From: Mycolicibacterium smegmatis | GTDB taxonomy: Bacteria; Actinomycetota; Actinomycetes; Mycobacteriales; Mycobacteriaceae | Direction of reading: 5' to 3' | Length of the DNA stretch: 32,000 nt | Assembly: GCF_001457595.1 (NCBI RefSeq) | Contig: NZ_LN831039.1 | Coordinates: 5,940,001-5,972,000, forward strand | Part shown: one piece after another, positions 8,161 through 16,647 of the stretch | Layout of the letters: every line of letters starts with the position of its first letter | Numbering within the stretch: position 1 is the first letter of the stretch | The notes under the pieces: model-generated | Seen by the model: only the letters and a program-made list of their open reading frames with translations | Told to the model about the DNA's origin: nothing | Database searches by the model: none | Made by a program: the position numbers and the translations under genes

Positions 8161-8291
8161 TACGGAAATGCCACTCTCTTCTTCAGACATATCTCTTTCC
8201 GTTGTACGATAACCGCACTCTTGAGCATGACGTCGGCCCTCACCGGCCCCTGCTTACGCGCAGAAGTCACCCGACGGATTGGAGCGATCGT

Positions 8292-10652
8292 ATGGCGTCA
8301 GCCGCACCGGCAACCGTGACGACGCGGTACGCGGGACGGCGCGTCGAGCGCGTCGAGGACACTCGACTGCTGACCGGCCGCGGAACGTTCGTCGACGACA
8401 TCGTGCGCCCCGGCATGCTGCACGCGTGCTTCGTGCGCAGCCCGTTCGCGCACGCAAAGATCAACGGCATCGACGCGACCGAGGCGCTCGCGCTGCCCGG
8501 TGTGCGCGCGGTGTTCACCGCGGCCGACATCAACCCTGAGGTCAAGGAGGCCTGGCACGCCGTCGCGGGCAGGGACATGCCCGACACCCCGCGGCCGCCG
8601 CTGGCCGAGGGTGAGGTCAAGTTCGTGGGCGATCCGGTGGCCATCGTGATCGCCGAATCGCGCTACGTCGCCGAGGACGCCGTCGACCTCGTCGAGGTGG
8701 ACTACGAACCGCTGCCCGCGGTCGTCGACTTCCGCACCGCGCTCACGTCACCGGTCGCAGTCCACGACGCCTACCCGGACAACAACGCGGGCGGCATGGC
8801 CGGCGCACCGCCGGACGAGGAGACCTTCGACTCGGCGGCACATGTGGTCAAAGAGCACGTGTACCAACAGATGTACGTTCCGGTGCCGATCGAGACGCGC
8901 GGCCTGGTGGTCGAATGGCAGGCGTCGGCCGGCGAGCTCACCATCTGGGCGTCGACACAGACGCCGCACGAACTGCGCGCGTTCGCCGCACGCCTGCTGG
9001 GCATCCCGGCCCAGCACGTGCGCGCGATCATGCGCGACACCGGAGGCGGCTTCGGGCAGAAGGTCGTGCCGATGCGCGAGGACATGTGCATCATGCTCGC
9101 GGCGCGCAAGACCTCCGGCGCGCTCAAGTGGATCGAGGACCGCCGCGAGAACCTCATGTCGGCCGGCCAATCCCGCCACGTCGACGGCGACGTCCGGATG
9201 GCGTTCGACCCCGACGGCAACATCCTGGCCGCCGACATCGACTTCGTGCAGGACATCGGGGCGTACCCGACGCCGTACCCGGTGCTGACGACGGCCGCGA
9301 TCGGCATGTTCTTCCCCGGCCCGTACCGGGTGCCCAAGGCCAGCTTCAACTACAAGACGGTGTTCTCCAACACCGCGGGCCTGCACGCCTACCGCGGCCC
9401 GTGGCAGTACGAGACGCTCAGCCGCGAGATCCTGCTCGACATCGCCGCGCGCAAGATCGGCATCGACCCGGTCGAACTGCGCCGACGAAACCTGTTGCGC
9501 CGCGACGAGATGCCGTACTTCAACCCCAACGGCATGCCGTACGACCACGTGGCGCCCGCCGAGACGTTCGAGCAGGCCGTCAAGATCCTCGACCACGAGG
9601 GTTTCCGCAAGGAACAGGCCGAGGCACTCGCGCAGGGCCGCTACATCGGCCTCGGCTTCTCGGCCTACATCGAGCCCACGGGCGCGGCCACCGGCCACCT
9701 GGCCTCCGAGGGCGCGACGATCCGCATGGAGTCCACGGGCAAGATCAACGTGTACGTCAACGGCGGATCGACCGGAAACAGCTTGGAGACCACGGTCATC
9801 CAGCTCACCGCCGATGCACTGGGCGCCGACATCGACGATGTCGCCACCATCCAGGGCGACACCGCGGTCACCCCCTACGGCGCGGGCACACAGGGCAGCC
9901 GCAGCGCACCGATGACCGCGGGCGCGGTCAATGAGGCGGGCACGATGCTGCGCAACCAGATCGTCGCGATGGCCGCGGCATGGCTGGGTGTCGAGGAATC
10001 CGAGATCGAACTGGGCGGCTCCAAGGCCACCGTGCGCTCGGATCCGGACAAGAGCGTGACGTTCGGTCAACTCGCCTACCGCGCGTATTACGAGCCGCAG
10101 CAGTTGCCGCCCGGGCTCTCGGCGTCGCTGGAGGCCACCGCGCGTTACACCGCACCGCCCACCGCACCGATCCACTGGGCCAACGCCACCCACGCGTGTA
10201 CGTGCGAGGTCGACATCGAGACCGGGCAGGTCACGCTGACGCGCTACATCGTCAGCGAGGACGTCGGGCCGATGATCAACCCCAACGTGGTCGAGGGCCA
10301 GATCGCGGGCGGCACGGTGCAGGGCATCGGCGGCGCACTGCTCGAACAACTGGCCTACGACGACGCGGGCAACCCGCTGTCCTCGACCTTCGTCGACTAC
10401 CTGCTGCCGACGGCCACCGAGGTCCCGGCGATCGAGTACGGCCACGTCGAGATCCCTGGCCCGGGCGTCGGCGGATACAAGGGCGCCGGTGAGGGCGGTG
10501 CCATCGGCTCGACCCCGGCCGTCATCAACGCCATCAACGACGCACTCGCGCCGCTCGGCGTCACGGTGACCACGCTGCCCGCGAGCCCCGCCGCCATCAG
10601 TGCCGCGATCGAGGCCGCCACCGACACAGCCACACAAGGGAAGGACCACTAA
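8292..10652 (+). CDS. Xanthine dehydrogenase family molybdopterin-binding large subunit (CoxL-like, substrate unknown)
   Basis: About 786 aa with typical a/b-hammerhead and Moco-binding regions (GGGFGQK, QGSRS, GAGEGG). ATG at 8292 has GGAG 8 nt upstream. The active-site loop reads AYRGPWQ (9387-9404). Confidence 0.85.
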   Translation: MASAAPATVTTRYAGRRVERVEDTRLLTGRGTFVDDIVRPGMLHACFVRSPFAHAKINGIDATEALALPGVRAVFTAADINPEVKEAWHAVAGRDMPDTPRPPLAEGEVKFVGDPVAIVIAESRYVAEDAVDLVEVDYEPLPAVVDFRTALTSPVAVHDAYPDNNAGGMAGAPPDEETFDSAAHVVKEHVYQQMYVPVPIETRGLVVEWQASAGELTIWASTQTPHELRAFAARLLGIPAQHVRAIMRDTGGGFGQKVVPMREDMCIMLAARKTSGALKWIEDRRENLMSAGQSRHVDGDVRMAFDPDGNILAADIDFVQDIGAYPTPYPVLTTAAIGMFFPGPYRVPKASFNYKTVFSNTAGLHAYRGPWQYETLSREILLDIAARKIGIDPVELRRRNLLRRDEMPYFNPNGMPYDHVAPAETFEQAVKILDHEGFRKEQAEALAQGRYIGLGFSAYIEPTGAATGHLASEGATIRMESTGKINVYVNGGSTGNSLETTVIQLTADALGADIDDVATIQGDTAVTPYGAGTQGSRSAPMTAGAVNEAGTMLRNQIVAMAAAWLGVEESEIELGGSKATVRSDPDKSVTFGQLAYRAYYEPQQLPPGLSASLEATARYTAPPTAPIHWANATHACTCEVDIETGQVTLTRYIVSEDVGPMINPNVVEGQIAGGTVQGIGGALLEQLAYDDAGNPLSSTFVDYLLPTATEVPAIEYGHVEIPGPGVGGYKGAGEGGAIGSTPAVINAINDALAPLGVTVTTLPASPAAISAAIEAATDTATQGKDH

Positions 10653-10654
10653 CC

Positions 10655-11359
10655 GTGGAGCTCAACAACGAATTCCGGGTCGCGGTGCCTGCGGCGAAAA
10701 CCTGGGAGGTGCTCACCGATGTGCGGCGTGTGGCGCCCTGCCTGCCCGGAGCCACACTGCTCGACGTCGACGGCGACGAGTTCACCGGCGCGGTGAAGGT
10801 CAAGGTCGGCCCGATCACGGTGTCGTACAAGGGCGAAGCACGGTTCCAGGAGAAGGACGCAGGCGCACAACGGGTCGTGCTCAAGGCCAGCGGCAAGGAG
10901 ACCAGGGGTAACGGCACCGCCGCGGCCGTCGTCACGGCGCAACTCAAGGAGGAAGGTGCGAACTCCACGCTCGTGGTGGTGACCACCGACCTGCAGATCT
11001 CGGGCAAGGCCGCACAGTTCGGCCGCGGTGTGCTCTCCGACGTCGCGTCCACCCTCATCGACCAGTTCGCACAGAGCCTCGAGGCCGAGTTGCTCGGCGG
11101 AACGTCCCCGACCCCCGGCACAAGCGAAACGATTTCGGACACAACCGGTTCCGAGCAGCCCCAGCAGGGTGCGCCGATCAACGCGCTGGCCCTGGCCAAG
11201 GTCATGGCGGTGCCGATGGCCAAGCGTTTCGCACCCGCCATCGCCGCGGTCGCCGCGGCGGGACTGATCGGCTACCTGGCCGGAAGACGACGCAGCAAAT
11301 CGCAGCCGGGCCTGCGACCCGAGGACCTGCAGGCCGCGCTCCTGCGGTTGGTGTCGTGA
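10655..11359 (+). CDS. CoxG-like SRPBCC protein with a C-terminal membrane anchor
   Basis: CoxG signature N-terminus (ELNNEFRVAVPAAKTWEVLTDVRRVAPCLPGA...GPITVSYKG). This is followed by a low-complexity S/T/P linker and a hydrophobic helix, FAPAIAAVAAAGLIGYLAGRRR. The start is 3 nt after the large-subunit stop. Confidence 0.8.
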   Translation: MELNNEFRVAVPAAKTWEVLTDVRRVAPCLPGATLLDVDGDEFTGAVKVKVGPITVSYKGEARFQEKDAGAQRVVLKASGKETRGNGTAAAVVTAQLKEEGANSTLVVVTTDLQISGKAAQFGRGVLSDVASTLIDQFAQSLEAELLGGTSPTPGTSETISDTTGSEQPQQGAPINALALAKVMAVPMAKRFAPAIAAVAAAGLIGYLAGRRRSKSQPGLRPEDLQAALLRLVS

Positions 11360-12243
11360 AGGCCGCCCCGTTCGCCTACCACCGGCCCGCGTCGGTCACC
11401 GACGCGGTGGCACTGCTCGGCGAGTACGGCGACGATGCGAAGATCCTCGCAGGCGGGCAGAGCCTGGTGCCGATGCTCGCGATGCGGCTGACACACTTCG
11501 ACAACCTCATCGACATCTCGCGGGTGCACGAACTCACCGACATCGACCGCATCGGCGACGAGGTCCGCATCGGAGCGGCCACGCCGCACGCGTTCGTGGG
11601 CCTCGATGACGAAGTGGCCGAGTCGGTTCCGCTGCTCACCCTGGCCACACCACACATCGGGCACTTCCAGATCCGCACGCGCGGCACGCTGGGCGGCGCG
11701 ATCGCACACGCCGATCCGGCCGCCGAGTACGCGGCCGTCGCACTGGCGCTCGACGCGACCATCGAGGCCACCTCGGCGCGCGGCGTCCGCGAGATCCCCG
11801 CCGCCGAGTTCTTCACGGGCCTGTGGGAGACCGCGCTGGCTTCCGACGAGATCCTCACGGCGGTGCGGTTCCCGGTGTGGTCGGGCCGGTGCGGCTTCGC
11901 GGTGCAGGAGTTCGCGCGTCGCCACGGCGACTTCGCGATCGCCGGCGCGGTCGTCGGCCTCCAGCTCGGCGACGACGACCGCGTGACCCGCTGCGGCATC
12001 GGACTGCTGGGTCTGGGTTCGACACCGTTGCGCGCCACCGCAGCCGAGGCCGAGGTGCTCGGAGGGCCGGTCGACGCCGTCACGCCCGAGGAGATCGGCA
12101 GGCTCGCGCTGAGCGACCTCACCGAGATTCCCGCCGACCTGCAGGGCACGGCCGAGTACCGCCGCAGGGTCGGCGCCACGATGGTGGCCAGGGCCTTCGA
12201 GCAAGCACGTACGCAAGCCACCGAAGGGGCTGTCGATGCATGA
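11356..12243 (+). CDS. FAD-binding molybdopterin dehydrogenase medium subunit (CoxM-like)
   Basis: FAD-binding motifs KILAGGQSLVPMLAMR and TLGGAIAHADPAAE. The GTG start overlaps the CoxG stop (GTGA). Confidence 0.85.
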   Translation: MKAAPFAYHRPASVTDAVALLGEYGDDAKILAGGQSLVPMLAMRLTHFDNLIDISRVHELTDIDRIGDEVRIGAATPHAFVGLDDEVAESVPLLTLATPHIGHFQIRTRGTLGGAIAHADPAAEYAAVALALDATIEATSARGVREIPAAEFFTGLWETALASDEILTAVRFPVWSGRCGFAVQEFARRHGDFAIAGAVVGLQLGDDDRVTRCGIGLLGLGSTPLRATAAEAEVLGGPVDAVTPEEIGRLALSDLTEIPADLQGTAEYRRRVGATMVARAFEQARTQATEGAVDA

Positions 12244-12748
12244 ACTGCCGGTTGAGGTTTCGGTCAACGGCCAGACCTACCAGGGCCAGGTGGAACCGCG
12301 CGTCACCCTGGCCGACTTCCTGCGGGAGAACTGCGGCCTGACGGGCACGCACCTGGGCTGCGAGCACGGCGCGTGCGGCGCCTGCACCGTGCTGCTCGAC
12401 GGTCAGGCCGTGCGGTCCTGCCTGATCTTCGCGGTGCAGGTCGACGGCCAGGACGTCACCACGGTCGAGGGCATCGCCGAACCGGACGGGTGCCTGTCAC
12501 CCGTGCAGGCCGCGCTCAAGGAGTGCCACGGCCTGCAGTGCGGGTTCTGCACGCCGGGCTTCGTCACGTCGATCACGGCGTTGCTGCGTGACAACCCGGC
12601 CCCCACCGACGACGAGATCCGCGAGGGGTTGTCGGGGAACTTCTGTCGCTGCACGGGTTACCAGGGCATCATCAACGCCGTGCACCGCGCCGCCGAACTG
12701 TCCACCCGGGAAGCGCAGCGCGACCTCGAGGTTCACGCCCAGCAGTAG
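12236..12748 (+). CDS. (2Fe-2S)-binding small subunit (CoxS-like)
   Basis: Both cluster motifs are present: CEHGACGACTV and CGFCTPG...CRCTGY. It overlaps the upstream subunit by 8 nt. Confidence 0.9.
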   Translation: MHELPVEVSVNGQTYQGQVEPRVTLADFLRENCGLTGTHLGCEHGACGACTVLLDGQAVRSCLIFAVQVDGQDVTTVEGIAEPDGCLSPVQAALKECHGLQCGFCTPGFVTSITALLRDNPAPTDDEIREGLSGNFCRCTGYQGIINAVHRAAELSTREAQRDLEVHAQQ

Positions 12749-12780
12749 CGCCGCCGCGCGCAAGCGGTGACAGTGGACTG

Positions 12781-13680
12781 ATGAGAATCGGATTCATCGG
12801 ACTGGGCAACATGGGCGCGGCCATGGCCGCCAACCTCCTTGCGGCCGGACACGACGTCGTCGCGTACAACCGCTCACCGCAGAAGGTGGCCGCACTGGCC
12901 GAACAGGGCGCCACGGCCGCCGAGTCGGTGCGTGACGCCGCGCAGGCCGACGTCGTCGTCACGATGCTCGCCGACGACAACGCCGTCGAGACCGTCGCGT
13001 TCGGCGGAGCGGACCCTGCCGAAGGCCTGGTGGCCGCGATGCCCGCCGACGCGATCCACGTTTCGTCGTCCACGATCAGCGTCGACCTCGCGAAACGGCT
13101 CGCCGCGGCCCACGCCGAGGCCCGCAACCAGTTCGTCAGCGCACCGGTGTTCGGGCGGCCCGATGCCGCCGCGGCGGCCAAGCTGTTCGTCGTGGCCTCC
13201 GGTGCACCGGCCGCGGTCGAGGCGGCCACACCGGTGTTCGACGCGATCGGGCAGCGCACGTTCGTCGTCGGCGACGAGCCCAGCGCTGCGAGCCTGGTGA
13301 AGATCAGCGGCAACTTCCTCATCGCGTCGGTGATCGAATCCCTCGGCGAGGCAATGGCTCTCGTGGGCAAGGCCGGTGTCGACAAGCACCAGTACCTGGA
13401 GCTGCTCACCTCGACGCTGTTCGACGCGCCGGTGTACCGCACCTACGGCGGGCTCCTGGTCGACGAACAGTTCACCCCGCCCGGTTTCGCCGCGCCGTTG
13501 GGGCTCAAGGACGTCAAGCTCGCGCTGAGCGCAGGAGAGGAACTCAAGGTGCCGCTGCCCGTCGGGAGCCTGTTGCGCGACCGGTTTCTCACACTGCTGG
13601 CCACCGGTGGCGGCGAGCTGGACTGGTCGGCGCTCGGTGCGCTGCCCGCGTGGGAGGCAGGCGCACCACACCCGGCCTGA
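12781..13680 (+). CDS. NAD(P)-dependent 3-hydroxyisobutyrate / 6-phosphogluconate dehydrogenase-like oxidoreductase
   Basis: N-terminal dinucleotide fold MRIGFIGLGNMGAAMAANL and the conserved KISGNFL region typical of the HIBADH family. Confidence 0.85.
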   Translation: MRIGFIGLGNMGAAMAANLLAAGHDVVAYNRSPQKVAALAEQGATAAESVRDAAQADVVVTMLADDNAVETVAFGGADPAEGLVAAMPADAIHVSSSTISVDLAKRLAAAHAEARNQFVSAPVFGRPDAAAAAKLFVVASGAPAAVEAATPVFDAIGQRTFVVGDEPSAASLVKISGNFLIASVIESLGEAMALVGKAGVDKHQYLELLTSTLFDAPVYRTYGGLLVDEQFTPPGFAAPLGLKDVKLALSAGEELKVPLPVGSLLRDRFLTLLATGGGELDWSALGALPAWEAGAPHPA

Positions 13681-13683
13681 CCG

Positions 13684-14559
13684 TCAGCCGTCGGTGACGA
13701 CTCCCCGCAGGCCTTCGGCGCCGAACAGCGGTTCCAGCATGCCCGAGATGTCGGGACCGCGCCGCAGCCCGTGGCCGCCGTCGACGTTGATGGCCTGGCC
13801 GGTGATCCAGCCCGCCGCGTCGCTGAGCAGGAACACCGCGAGGTTCGCGATGTCCTCGACCTCACCGAAGCGCGGCAGCGGCGTGCAGGCCGCGTAATCG
13901 TCGGTGACCGCGGGGACACCCAGGATCGGCTCGACCATCTCGGTGCGGGTGAGCCCGGGGCGGATGCTGTTGACCCGCACCCACGACGGCCCGAGTTCGT
14001 CCGCGGCGAGCTTGAGCAGGTGATCCAGCGCGGCCTTGCTGACGCCGTAGGCGCCGAACCAGCGGTGGATGTTGCTCGACGCGATCGAGGAGATCCCGAC
14101 GAACGATCCACCGCCGCCGCGCACCATCTCGCGGCCCGCGTGCTTGAGCAGGTACATCGTGCCGTTGATGTTGAGATCGATGGTCTGCCGCCACAATTCG
14201 GAATCGATCTGTGTGATCGGCCCGATGGTCTGCGATCCGCCCGCGCTGTGCACCACGCCGTGCAGACGCCCGTGCCATGCGGTCGCGGCGTCCACGGCGC
14301 GGTGCACCTCGTCCTCGTCGGTCACGTCGGCGGGTTCGTAGCGCACCGAACCCGGACCGAGCGCGCCGATCTCGTCGGCGGCGGCAGAGAGCTTGTCGGC
14401 GTTGCGACCGACCAGCATGACGTCGCCGCCCGCCGCCACGATCGCCGCGGCAGCGCCCTTGCCGATACCGCTTCCGCCACCGGTCACCAGATATGTACGT
14501 TCCGCCAACGACAGCTGCACTGCTGCGCCCTTCATCCAGTGGGAATGGTTCTGCGTCAA
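13684..14559 (-). CDS. SDR family oxidoreductase
   Basis: TGGGSGIGKG Rossmann motif, an HSAG (NxAG-type) motif, and the YGVSK catalytic Y-x3-K. A TTG start at 14559 overlaps the upstream hydratase stop (TTGA). ATG at 14535 is an alternative start. Confidence 0.85.
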   Translation of the reverse strand: MTQNHSHWMKGAAVQLSLAERTYLVTGGGSGIGKGAAAAIVAAGGDVMLVGRNADKLSAAADEIGALGPGSVRYEPADVTDEDEVHRAVDAATAWHGRLHGVVHSAGGSQTIGPITQIDSELWRQTIDLNINGTMYLLKHAGREMVRGGGGSFVGISSIASSNIHRWFGAYGVSKAALDHLLKLAADELGPSWVRVNSIRPGLTRTEMVEPILGVPAVTDDYAACTPLPRFGEVEDIANLAVFLLSDAAGWITGQAINVDGGHGLRRGPDISGMLEPLFGAEGLRGVVTDG

Positions 14560-15473
14560 GGTGTATCACGTCGGGCGAGCTTGGGAGCGCCCAATGTGCG
14601 CCAATCGGGAACATCCGGCGGCATGCCGACGGGCCAGCGGTTCTCGTTGGCGGCGGCCCAGTGCGCATGCCCGAGTTCGTGGATGTGGAACGCGTGGTGC
14701 AACGCCTCGGCGAAGCCCATCGAGTCGGCAGCGGCGTTCACCGAATCCTTCACCAGCAGCGCAGCCATCGTGGGCCGTTCGGCGATCCGCCGCGCGAACT
14801 CCAGGGTCTTGTCCTCCAGCTCTTCGCGGCCGAACACCTTGGACACCATGCCCAGCCGGTAGGCCTCGTCGGCGTCGATCGAATCGCCGGTCAGCAGCAG
14901 TTCTTTGGCCTTGCGCGGGCCGAATTCCCAAGGGTGCGCGTAGTACTCGACGCCGGGCATGCCCATCCGGACGGCCACCACGTCGCTGAACCTGGCGTCG
15001 TCGGCGGCCACGATCAGATCGCACGCCCAGATCAGCATCAGGGCCGCCGAGATGGCGTTGCCCTGCACCTGGGCGATGGTGATCTTGCGCAGATCGCGCC
15101 AGCGTTTGGTGTTCTCGAAATAGAAGTGCCATTCCTGCCGGTAGGTGCGCTCGGCGACGCCGGCCACCGTCGCGCCGTAGCCGGCGAACGTCGGGTGCTG
15201 CCCGGGGCCGGGTTCGCGTTCGGCGAGTGCCTCCTCGGAACCGAGGTCGTGGCCGGCCGAGAAATTCTTGCCGCGCGCGGCCAGGATGACCACGCGCACG
15301 GTGTCGTCGGCCTCGGCGCGGGCGAACGCCTCGTCGAGTTGCACGAGAAGCGTGCGGGACTGCGCATTCTGCGCCTGCGGGCGGTTGAGCCAGATCCGGG
15401 CGATACGCCCTTCGTCGAGCGTCTCGTACTCGATCTGGCGGGCCTGGCCGCCGTCGCCGTCGGAACCGGTCAT
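14556..15473 (-). CDS. Enoyl-CoA hydratase/isomerase (crotonase) family protein
   Basis: Crotonase fold motifs (RIWLNRPQAQNA, GKNFSAGHDLG, AQVQGNAISAALML). The likely start is ATG 15473 (MTGSDGDG). Confidence 0.85.
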   Translation of the reverse strand: MTGSDGDGGQARQIEYETLDEGRIARIWLNRPQAQNAQSRTLLVQLDEAFARAEADDTVRVVILAARGKNFSAGHDLGSEEALAEREPGPGQHPTFAGYGATVAGVAERTYRQEWHFYFENTKRWRDLRKITIAQVQGNAISAALMLIWACDLIVAADDARFSDVVAVRMGMPGVEYYAHPWEFGPRKAKELLLTGDSIDADEAYRLGMVSKVFGREELEDKTLEFARRIAERPTMAALLVKDSVNAAADSMGFAEALHHAFHIHELGHAHWAAANENRWPVGMPPDVPDWRTLGAPKLARRDTP

Positions 15474-15541
15474 GTCGAACCACCTCATCAGCAGGTATGG
15501 CACTTAACAAAATGCACCATACGTGTATCGCCCCAGTCATC

Positions 15542-15585
15542 TCACACCGGGATCACAGCAATCGAACAGAATCATCACAGCAGAC
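15542..15585 (+). promoter_or_regulatory. Four 11-bp-phased direct repeats, two of them perfect TCACAGC (PhoP-box-like array)
   Basis: The sequence reads TCACACCgggaTCACAGCaatcGAACAGAatcaTCACAGCagac, with units starting at 15542, 15553, 15564 and 15575. It sits in the 264-bp divergent intergenic region between the hydratase start (15473) and the first small secreted protein gene (15738). Confidence 0.5.
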
Positions 15586-15737
15586 ACCAAGCCGGCATTG
15601 GACGCCGCGACTATCGCGCGCTTATCCGTTGTCGCGCGTATGATGTCGTACGCGAAGCGATACCTGGCCGCCACCCCAACGCGGACCCGACGGGCATCTA
15701 CAGCAAACATACAGGAACCTCAGAAAAGGGCACGCGA

Positions 15738-16109
15738 ATGACCATCTCCCAGTTCACCGCCCGCCGGCTGCCCCTCGCCGTCGGCATGGCGTGCGCAGCC
15801 GCCGCGGTCGCTGTCGCTCCGGTGTTCTCGGCGTTGTCCGCACCCACGTCGGCTCTGGCGGCGTGCCCCAACGGGGAAACCGAGGACACCTTCACCAACC
15901 AGTGCGTGCCCGATCTGGTGCCCAACTCGCCCGAGCCCGCGTTCTCCACTGCCCCCAACCAGCTGCCGCAGATCGACGGCATCCCGTGCACGGGCGCCAA
16001 CACCGGACAGTGCATCGGCCTGGGCGAGGAGCAGCAGGCGCAGGGCCCGGCCGCCGTCCCGCGCTCGTCGGTCGGCAGCAGCCCCACCGTCACCGGCCAC
16101 ACGAACTGA
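15738..16109 (+). CDS. Small secreted (possibly lipidated) four-cysteine protein, paralogue 1 of 3
   Basis: The signal peptide ends ALA|AC. The mature part is ACPNGETEDTFTNQCVPDLVPNSP...IPCTGANTGQCIGLGEEQ. It is homologous to the two downstream ORFs. Only the last 123 codons of the 538-aa track ORF are taken as real. Confidence 0.7.
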   Translation: MTISQFTARRLPLAVGMACAAAAVAVAPVFSALSAPTSALAACPNGETEDTFTNQCVPDLVPNSPEPAFSTAPNQLPQIDGIPCTGANTGQCIGLGEEQQAQGPAAVPRSSVGSSPTVTGHTN

Positions 16110-16204
16110 TCAGATCCGGCCTGGATCCGATCCGACGCAAATCACATACGCGGGCTGATCGCGATATAGCCCGATTTCGCCCCCGGCGGCCATAAACTGC
16201 TGGG

Positions 16205-16537
16205 GTGATTCGCACTGTCTTTGCTGCGGCGGCCTGCGCCCTCGGCGTGTCGGCGCTGGCCCTCGTCCCCGCACCGGCCGCATCGGCCGCGTGCCACAAC
16301 GGGGAAGAAGAAGACACCTACACCATGGTGTGCACCCCGTTCATGGTGCCCAATTCGCCTGGGGCGTTCAGCGGGATCCCGGGCAATCCGGACCTCCCGG
16401 CCGTGAACCTGCCCGGCGGCGGTGGCGCCATCCCGTGCACGGGCCACAACGCGGGCGAATGCATCGGGCTGGCCGAGGAGGACGCGGCCGAGGGACCGAT
16501 GGCGCAGCCACGGTCGATCATCAGCGCGAGCCCGTAA
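16205..16537 (+). CDS. Small secreted four-cysteine protein, paralogue 2 of 3
   Basis: The signal peptide ends ASA|AC. The mature part is ACHNGEEEDTYTMVCTPFMVPNSP...LPAVNLPGGGGAIPCTGHNAGECIGLAEED. Differences from paralogue 3 are mostly at third codon positions. GTG start. Confidence 0.7.
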   Translation: MIRTVFAAAACALGVSALALVPAPAASAACHNGEEEDTYTMVCTPFMVPNSPGAFSGIPGNPDLPAVNLPGGGGAIPCTGHNAGECIGLAEEDAAEGPMAQPRSIISASP

Positions 16538-16647
16538 CGAACGCCCAGTTCAGGGCCGCATTTCAGGGAGCTCCAAGAACTGATGCAGATTATTCCCAGC
16601 TTCCTTAGAATTCTTCCCGACGAAACAGTCAGACAACTACAGAAAGC

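Noticed and set aside
4796-8200. An intact genomic island or prophage integrated at tRNA-Thr
   Set aside because: No integrase, excisionase or phage genes are present. I found no direct repeat of the tRNA 3' end by eye, and base composition looks like the surroundings. It is kept only as a low-confidence remnant hypothesis.
8748-10649. A 633-aa ORF antisense to the molybdoenzyme large subunit
   Set aside because: It has no motifs and a composition dominated by R, G, D, V and A. The sense frame encodes a full-length, recognisable XDH-family protein, so this is a GC artefact.
8292-12748. Calling the cluster a bona fide carbon monoxide dehydrogenase (coxLMS)
   Set aside because: The active-site loop is AYRGPWQ, which is neither form I (AYxCSFR) nor form II (AYRGAGR). 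Only family-level assignment is justified.
14493-15737. The N-terminal 415 codons of the 538-aa plus-strand ORF that ends at 16109
   Set aside because: This part is antisense to the enoyl-CoA hydratase and then crosses the intergenic region. Only the final 123 codons (from ATG 15738) have a signal peptide and paralogues.
16110-16204. A possible terminator or repeat (gatccggcctggatccgatcc) between paralogues 1 and 2
   Set aside because: The stem is only an imperfect 5 bp, and the element does not recur in the other intergenic spacer (16538-16647).
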